DNA of 62,277 nucleotides, the filler included. It is 3 parts of 3 records of this genome, joined end to end, with 100 filler letters (N's around TTAATTAATTAA, not from the genome) between each part and the next. Parts side by side here need not be neighbours in the genome. Positions count along the whole stretch, not along the records: positions 55,026 to 62,277 come from DRR723986_4973; 2 more parts are not named here. One strand, written 5' to 3'. How positions within the stretch are numbered: position 1 is the first letter of the stretch; each line of letters begins with the position of its first letter. A program made the translations under genes and the position numbers. The notes beneath the pieces were generated by a model, which saw only the letters and a program-made list of their open reading frames with translations, had not been told where the DNA came from and did not search any database. This document shows positions 56,415 to 62,277 of this stretch, piece after piece.

Positions 56415-56469
56415 ATGATACCGCCGGGGGCAAGCTGATTGAAGGGGCGAAAGCGTTAAAAAATTGATT
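56415..56469 (-). promoter_or_regulatory. dusB-fis promoter with GC-rich discriminator and upstream IHF-consensus site
   Basis: TTCAAT-17-TATCAT-TACCGCCC; AATCAATTTTTTA (WATCAANNNNTTR) at 56457-56469. Confidence 0.6.
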
Positions 56470-56534
56470 ATTTTTCGCGCTTTCTGGTTGACTTTTGCGC
56501 TGTCAACTGTCGACCCGAAGGCTATTGATTCGCA

Positions 56535-57800
56535 TCAAGGCGCCCAGGGACGAAAGCTCAGGTTGTAGTTGACGGCATCCCGTCCGGGGTCACGTATCCG
56601 GATGGCGATCCGCACCGGCGTCTCTACCGGCATGCTGGCAAGTTCTGCGGCCTCACCGGCCAGGTACTCTTCTGGCGTAAAGGTGCTTTGGGCCACCACA
56701 TCGCCATTGAGGTTGGAGAAGGTCAGAGCTATCGCCGGGAACGGCTGCTCAAAGCCGGCGCGGTTGAGAATCACGGCATCGACAATGAGTTGATCCCGGT
56801 TCTCCGGGTCGGTACGCACCACCAGTTTACGGCTCTGGATAGCCTCGACATTCACCAGGGGTTTGAGTTCGCATCCGGCAATCTCGCAGCCCTTCTCGTA
56901 GAACGGTCGGAGCTGGGGGATGGCAGAAAGCCGGTCAAACTGGTACCAGGTAACCTGGGCAATCAGTACGCCCAACAGGGACAGCACCGCCAGTGCCCAG
57001 AATACGGTTCTGAGCCGGCCTCCGCCGTTACCGACGGATACAGGATCCCGTCGCAGGTCATGGTAGAGGGTGTCTGGCGCCGCTTGCTTGCGGGTACGGC
57101 TGACAATCGGGTCGCCCACGCGATCGTCATCCGCCAGGCTGAGGTCCGTGATATCCGGTTCCGTGGACGGCTCCGCTGAAGAGGTCTCCTTGGCGGGTAG
57201 GGTTGTTTCATCGGACTCGCTGTCCTCACGGCGAAGCGGCTCCGGCCGTGTTTCGGCAGCAGGGGACGTCTGAGGCGATGCCTGTTCCGGTTCGGGCTGC
57301 GCCGGGGCAGGGCGCTGAGGCTTCGCTGATTCTGGCTGAGCCGATGGCTTCGCGGGCTCGTCGTCGTTGAGCATGGCTTCGGCCCAGCTCTCGTCGATAT
57401 TCTGGTTTTCCGGCGTCAGGCCGTCGTCGCTGAAGCCGGATTCCTCGGGCTCGTCGAAATTGCGGAAGCTGTCGCTGAGCTCATCATCTGAGAACGTCAG
57501 TTTGCTGCCGGCATAGCGGCCTTCGGTGGCATCTTCCTCGGGGTTGTCCGCAAAGATCAGTTCCTCTTCATCGTCGAACCGGCCGGGCCTGGGTGCTCCG
57601 GTTTCAGAGCCAGATGATGAGGGCGACGGGCGGGCCCCGGCATTATCTTTGCCAGAGACCACCTGGTGTTCGACCGCATTGAAAATCTTCATGCAGTTCC
57701 CGCAGCGTACCTTGCCCCTGGCGACGCTCAGCTGTTCGTCTGTTACCCGGAAACGGGTCTCACAGTTGGGGCATTGGGTCTGCAGGCTGCTCTGGGTCAT
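56535..57800 (-). CDS. Zinc-ribbon and DUF3426 domain protein
   Basis: CPNC...GKVRCGNC, acidic linker, TM helix, conserved position between prmA and dusB. Confidence 0.88.
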   Translation of the reverse strand: MTQSSLQTQCPNCETRFRVTDEQLSVARGKVRCGNCMKIFNAVEHQVVSGKDNAGARPSPSSSGSETGAPRPGRFDDEEELIFADNPEEDATEGRYAGSKLTFSDDELSDSFRNFDEPEESGFSDDGLTPENQNIDESWAEAMLNDDEPAKPSAQPESAKPQRPAPAQPEPEQASPQTSPAAETRPEPLRREDSESDETTLPAKETSSAEPSTEPDITDLSLADDDRVGDPIVSRTRKQAAPDTLYHDLRRDPVSVGNGGGRLRTVFWALAVLSLLGVLIAQVTWYQFDRLSAIPQLRPFYEKGCEIAGCELKPLVNVEAIQSRKLVVRTDPENRDQLIVDAVILNRAGFEQPFPAIALTFSNLNGDVVAQSTFTPEEYLAGEAAELASMPVETPVRIAIRIRDPGRDAVNYNLSFRPWAP

Positions 57801-57873
57801 GCTTCGTTCCTGAAAGCTCGATCTCTGGTCGATCACTACGATGGAGGCAGTTTAGACATAAACGCCTGTGTCG

Positions 57874-58770
57874 TCATCCGTCCTTGCGCCGTCCTGTGAG
57901 GCGTATCCAGTCTTCCTTCTGTTCCGGTTCGTCCATGATGAACCAGGGCTCATAGGCTTCCATCACGTCACGGGCCTGATTGAACAGGATGCCGGACAGT
58001 ACCAGATCCCCGCCGGGCCTGGTCAGTTCGGCCAGTCTCGGTGCCAGGCCGATCAGCGGCTGGGCAAGGATATTGGCCAACATGATATCGGCTCGGGTGT
58101 CCGGATCGTTGCCGGGCAGGTACAAATCCAGGCGGTTATCTTCAACGCCATTCCGGCGGGCGTTGTCACGGCTGGCTTCCAGGGCTTGGGGATCGGTATC
58201 CACGCCAACGACATGTTCTGCCCCCAGTAACAGGGCGGCCAGGCCCAGAATGCCGGAGCCACAACCGTAGTCGGTCACTTGCTTGCCCGCGACATCCTGG
58301 CCGTCAAGCCATTCCAGGCACAGCGCGGTGGTCGGGTGGGTGCCGGTGCCGAAAGCCAGGCCGGGGTCGAGCAACAGGTTGGCGGCGTCCGGATCTGGCG
58401 CCTCGTGCCAGCTGGGCACAATCCACAGGCGTTCACCGAACTGCAGCGGGTGGAAGTCGTCCATCCAGGCCCGCTCCCAGTCCTTGTCTTCCACCAGGGT
58501 AACGTCAATGTCGGCCAAAGACTGTTGGGTCTGCTGGTGCCAGGCGTCGCGAATCTCCGCCAGTAACTGTTCGATATTGCGATCAGACTGGAACAGGCCA
58601 GTGACGGTGGTCTGGCTCCAGAGGGGGGTGGTGCCCGGGTCGGGCTCGTACAGCGGCTGGTCGGCGGCGTCTTCCATGGAAACGGCATCGGCGCCCATTT
58701 CCATTAACAGATCTTCCAGCTGATCCGCAGTGTCCGGATCAGCTGGAATCTGGAGTTGTATCCAGGGCAT
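57874..58770 (-). CDS. prmA: Ribosomal protein L11 methyltransferase
   Basis: LDPGLAFGTGTHPTT, DYGCGSGIL, ANILA. Confidence 0.97.
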   Translation of the reverse strand: MPWIQLQIPADPDTADQLEDLLMEMGADAVSMEDAADQPLYEPDPGTTPLWSQTTVTGLFQSDRNIEQLLAEIRDAWHQQTQQSLADIDVTLVEDKDWERAWMDDFHPLQFGERLWIVPSWHEAPDPDAANLLLDPGLAFGTGTHPTTALCLEWLDGQDVAGKQVTDYGCGSGILGLAALLLGAEHVVGVDTDPQALEASRDNARRNGVEDNRLDLYLPGNDPDTRADIMLANILAQPLIGLAPRLAELTRPGGDLVLSGILFNQARDVMEAYEPWFIMDEPEQKEDWIRLTGRRKDG

Positions 58771-58772
58771 GG

Positions 58773-60119
58773 TTAATCCCGCATCAGTTTCTCAAGGTAG
58801 TGGATGGTGAAGTCTACCTGTTTAAAGCCACCATCGCGTACCAGTTTTCGATGCAGGGGTTGGTTGGTCTTGATGCCCTCGACCAGCATTTCGTCCAGCG
58901 CATTCTTCATGCGCCGGCGGGCGATCTCCCGGTCGTCGCCCCAGGTAATCAGTTTGGCCACCAGGGAATCGTAATACGGCGGTACGGTGTAGCCGCTGTA
59001 AAGGTGGGAATCCACGCGGATGCCGTTGCCGCCAGGAGCGTGGAAATGACTGATCTTGCCAGGGCTGGGCACGAAGGTTTTCGGGTCTTCGGCGTTGATC
59101 CGGCATTCAATGGCATGGCCGGAAATGTGGATCTGGTCCTGGCTGTATTGCAGTGGCAGACCGCTGGCAATACGCAGCTGCTCGCGCACAATGTCCACAC
59201 CAGTGACCATCTCAGAGACCGGATGCTCAACCTGTACCCGCGTGTTCATTTCAATGAAGTAGAACTCGCCGTCCTGATACAGGAATTCGAAGGTGCCGGC
59301 GCCGACGTAGCCGATTTCCTTGCAGGCATCCACGCAGGCCTTGAGCGTTCGCTCGCGGGATTCCTGGTTGATGTTTGGCGCCGGCGCTTCTTCAATGACC
59401 TTCTGGTTGCGGCGCTGCATAGAGCAGTCCCGGTCACCCAGATGGATGACGTTGCCGTGCATGTCGGCCAGAACCTGGACTTCCACGTGGCGTGGGGTTT
59501 CCAGGAACTTCTCCAGATACACGGTGGGATCGCCGAAGGCATTCTTGGCTTCGCTCTGGGTGATCTGTACTGCTTTCAGCAGGGCGGCTTCAGAGTGCAC
59601 CACCTGCATGCCTCGGCCACCACCACCAGAGGCCGCCTTGATCATCACCGGGTAGCCAATCTGCTTCGCCAGCTTGAGGGTGCGTTCGTCGTCGTCCGTC
59701 AGCGGGCCGTCGGAGCCGGGAACTGTGGGTACGCCGGCCTTTTTCATGGCTTCGATGGCGGACACCTTGTTACCCATCAGGCGGATGGTCTCTGCACGGG
59801 GGCCGATAAAGCGGAAACCGCTTTTCTCGACCTGCTCAGCGAAGTCGGCATTCTCGGCCAGGAAACCGTAACCGGGGTGGATACCCACCGAATCGGTCAC
59901 TTCAGCGGCGCTGATGATGGTCGGGATATTGAGGTAGCTGTCTGTGGCACTGTTTGGGCCAATGCAGACAGATTCGTCGGCAAGGCGAACGTGCATCAGG
60001 TCGCGGTCTACCTGGGAGTGTACCGCAACGGTTTTGATGCCCAGCTCCTTGCACGCGCGGAGAATACGCAGGGCGATTTCACCGCGGTTTGCGATCAGAA
60101 CTTTTTCTAACATGGCCAT
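58773..60119 (-). CDS. accC: Acetyl-CoA carboxylase biotin carboxylase subunit
   Basis: [28 protein letters not shown]. Confidence 0.97.
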   Translation of the reverse strand: MAMLEKVLIANRGEIALRILRACKELGIKTVAVHSQVDRDLMHVRLADESVCIGPNSATDSYLNIPTIISAAEVTDSVGIHPGYGFLAENADFAEQVEKSGFRFIGPRAETIRLMGNKVSAIEAMKKAGVPTVPGSDGPLTDDDERTLKLAKQIGYPVMIKAASGGGGRGMQVVHSEAALLKAVQITQSEAKNAFGDPTVYLEKFLETPRHVEVQVLADMHGNVIHLGDRDCSMQRRNQKVIEEAPAPNINQESRERTLKACVDACKEIGYVGAGTFEFLYQDGEFYFIEMNTRVQVEHPVSEMVTGVDIVREQLRIASGLPLQYSQDQIHISGHAIECRINAEDPKTFVPSPGKISHFHAPGGNGIRVDSHLYSGYTVPPYYDSLVAKLITWGDDREIARRRMKNALDEMLVEGIKTNQPLHRKLVRDGGFKQVDFTIHYLEKLMRD

Positions 60120-60137
60120 GGTTAGCAATCACCGAAT

Positions 60138-60608
60138 TCAGGAAATGACGACCAGGGGCTGGTCAAACTCAACCGGCTGGCCATTTTCGACCAGGATTTC
60201 GGTAACGGTACCGGCCTTGTCGGCTTCGATCTGGTTCATCATCTTCATGGCTTCAACGATACAGATCACGTCACCCACGTTTACTTTCTGGCCCACTTCA
60301 ACAAAGGAGCTGGCGGTGGGGGACGGCGCACGGTAGAAGGTGCCAACCATCGGGGATTTCACGGCGTGGCCAGAGGGGGCTGCCGGAGCCGAGGATTCCG
60401 CAGCCGGGGCGGCATCAGCCACGGGTGCCGGAGCCGGGGCAGCGGCCTGGGGGGCTGGTGCCGCGTAATGGCTGACGTAATGTCCACCGGCGGCGGGCTC
60501 GCGACGGCGGGAAATGCGAACCGAATCGTCGCCTTCCTGGATCTCCAGTTCTTCGACGTCTGATTCCTCAAGGAGCTCAATGAGTTTCTTGATTTTGCGA
60601 ATATCCAT
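60138..60608 (-). CDS. accB: Biotin carboxyl carrier protein
   Basis: [25 protein letters not shown]. Confidence 0.97.
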   Translation of the reverse strand: MDIRKIKKLIELLEESDVEELEIQEGDDSVRISRRREPAAGGHYVSHYAAPAPQAAAPAPAPVADAAPAAESSAPAAPSGHAVKSPMVGTFYRAPSPTASSFVEVGQKVNVGDVICIVEAMKMMNQIEADKAGTVTEILVENGQPVEFDQPLVVIS

Positions 60609-60634
60609 AACTGTTCCAGTCCCGTTTCTGTGTT

Positions 60635-61075
60635 CTATCGGTGAATTCGTTGCAGGGCCGCCTTCAGGGCGAGATCGTAGCCCTGGCTGCCCAGCCCGCA
60701 GATAACGCCTTCGGCGATATCTGAAAAATAAGAGTGATGGCGGAAAGGTTCCCGCGCATGCACGTTTGAAAGATGCACTTCAATAAAGGGAATGCCCGAC
60801 GCCAGCATGGCATCCCGAAGGGCCACGCTGGTGTGGGTGAAGGCGGCGGGATTGATGATGATGAAATCCACCCCTTCAGCCCTGGCTTCATGCACTCTTT
60901 CTATCAATTCATATTCCGCGTTTGACTGCAGGTGTAACAGATGATGGCCTTTCTCAGCCGCCTTGCTGCGCAAGCGGTCGTCTATATCGGCCAGGGTCTC
61001 GTGGCCATAGACCTCGGGCTCTCGGGTTCCGAGCATATTCAGGTTCGGGCCGTGGAGCACAAGAATGGTCGACAT
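60635..61075 (-). CDS. aroQ: Type II 3-dehydroquinate dehydratase
   Basis: [31 protein letters not shown]. Confidence 0.97.
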   Translation of the reverse strand: MSTILVLHGPNLNMLGTREPEVYGHETLADIDDRLRSKAAEKGHHLLHLQSNAEYELIERVHEARAEGVDFIIINPAAFTHTSVALRDAMLASGIPFIEVHLSNVHAREPFRHHSYFSDIAEGVICGLGSQGYDLALKAALQRIHR

Positions 61076-61330
61076 GGTTCTGTCTGCCTTGATGGTTTTT
61101 TAACAGGATCGCCGAAGATGACGGCACGTTACCCCAATGGTGCGTGCTTGTTATCCCCAGATCAACACTTTTTGACAATCCTGCCGGTTGTCCATTGCTC
61201 TGAAAAGGTTACACAGCAACCTGCTGTCACGCGATGACATTTCGTTGATGACAATCATTGTTGATCATGGCGGTGAATGTCGGTATTCGACATTGGTTTC
61301 ATGGGCCGGGCGATTGCCCGGCCCGGAAGG

Positions 61331-62277
61331 TCAGGTCTCGGCCAGGGTCACGCAGTTGCGGCCGTGCTCCTTGGACGTATACAGGGCGCGGTCTGCGCGC
61401 TCGCACAGGGCCTGGGCGGTTTCACCCTGCCAGTCGGCAATACCGCAACTGAAGGTGACATTGAATTCCCGGTCGCCGGCCTGCTGGGTCAGCTCGGAGA
61501 AGCGCTCACGAATTTCGTTGAGGACATTGCGGGCATCGCCCGGGCGGGTGTTCGGCAGGATGATGGCGAACTCTTCTCCACCGTAGCGGCCAATATGATC
61601 GGTCTTGCGCAGACGTTGCTTTAGGAACATGGACAGGCTGCGCAGAATCCGGTCGCCAATCGGGTGGCCAAAGGTGTCGTTTACCTTCTTGAAGAAGTCG
61701 ATATCGATCATGGCAAAGCACATGGGCTGATCTTTCTGGCGCGCACGCACGATTTCCTGCTCCAGCAGATGCAGGGTGTGGGTGTGATTGAACAGGCCGG
61801 TCAGGCTGTCGCGGATCATCAGTGCCAGCAGTGAGCGGGCTCGCCGACCCCGGTTGTGCAGGGTCGCAATCAGGTGCTTGGGATCGATGGGCTTGGTCAG
61901 GAAGTCGTCACCACCCAGGCTCATGGCGTGCAGCTGTTTGCTGACGTCCTCTTCCGCCGACAGGTAAATGATGGGAACACTGTGGAAACGATCCTGCTGG
62001 CGGATGACACGGGCAATCTCCATGCCGGTGCAGCCGGGCATGTACATGTCCAGGATGATGATTTCCGGCGAGAACTCCTCCAGGGCATGAATGATTTGCA
62101 TCGGGTCGGTGATGATGTGAGCGGTCATTCCCGCCTTTTTCAATACCGTTTCCATGTATTTGGCCTGGGCCCGGGAATCGTCCAGGACCAGCACCTTGTA
62201 GGGCTCGACAGTGTTGCCGTGGGTATAGGTTTCGATCTTTTCTATCAGTTGGCCGGGGTCCACCGCCGGGTAGAAGA
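61331..62277 (-). CDS. Response regulator diguanylate cyclase (REC-GGDEF), 5'-truncated
   Basis: VLDD, ILDMYMP, TKP; RKTD I-site and GGEEF; frame open to the window edge. Confidence 0.92.
   Translation of the reverse strand, partial: FYPAVDPGQLIEKIETYTHGNTVEPYKVLVLDDSRAQAKYMETVLKKAGMTAHIITDPMQIIHALEEFSPEIIILDMYMPGCTGMEIARVIRQQDRFHSVPIIYLSAEEDVSKQLHAMSLGGDDFLTKPIDPKHLIATLHNRGRRARSLLALMIRDSLTGLFNHTHTLHLLEQEIVRARQKDQPMCFAMIDIDFFKKVNDTFGHPIGDRILRSLSMFLKQRLRKTDHIGRYGGEEFAIILPNTRPGDARNVLNEIRERFSELTQQAGDREFNVTFSCGIADWQGETAQALCERADRALYTSKEHGRNCVTLAET

Overview
The window is three unrelated contigs joined by artificial 100-nt spacers (44 N + TTAATTAATTAA + 44 N, at 29169-29268 and 54926-55025). (1) 1-29168 is a high-GC alphaproteobacterial chromosome piece (Hyphomonas-like by impression). 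It carries lipid and aldehyde metabolism genes, peptidases and transporters, and ends in rpoA-rplQ. Downstream of rplQ are rtcB and a PcfJ-like gene, each behind its own promoter and uORF/attenuator-like leader, and the two leaders share a CCGCGCGTT core. (2) 29269-54925 is an integrative conjugative element next to a tRNA(Cys)-like 3' end. It encodes a tyrosine integrase, a putative excisionase, a divergent pair of Arc/RHH regulators with two palindromic operators, and a KikA/TrbM-like gene. An ~11.4 kb redox/dehalogenase cargo block is bracketed on both sides by arrays of inverted 9-mer boxes with a 46-bp period. A roseobacter-type virB operon follows, including a VirB5 paralogue with a lytic transglycosylase domain inserted in its middle. 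(3) 55026-62277 is a gammaproteobacterial (Marinobacter-like) housekeeping region: fis, dusB, DUF3426, prmA, accC, accB, aroQ and a REC-GGDEF gene. The best candidates for new biology are the VirB5-SLT fusion pilin, the cargo-flanking periodic boxes, and the twin leaders of rtcB and the PcfJ-like gene. All calls come from reading motifs by eye; no database searches were run.
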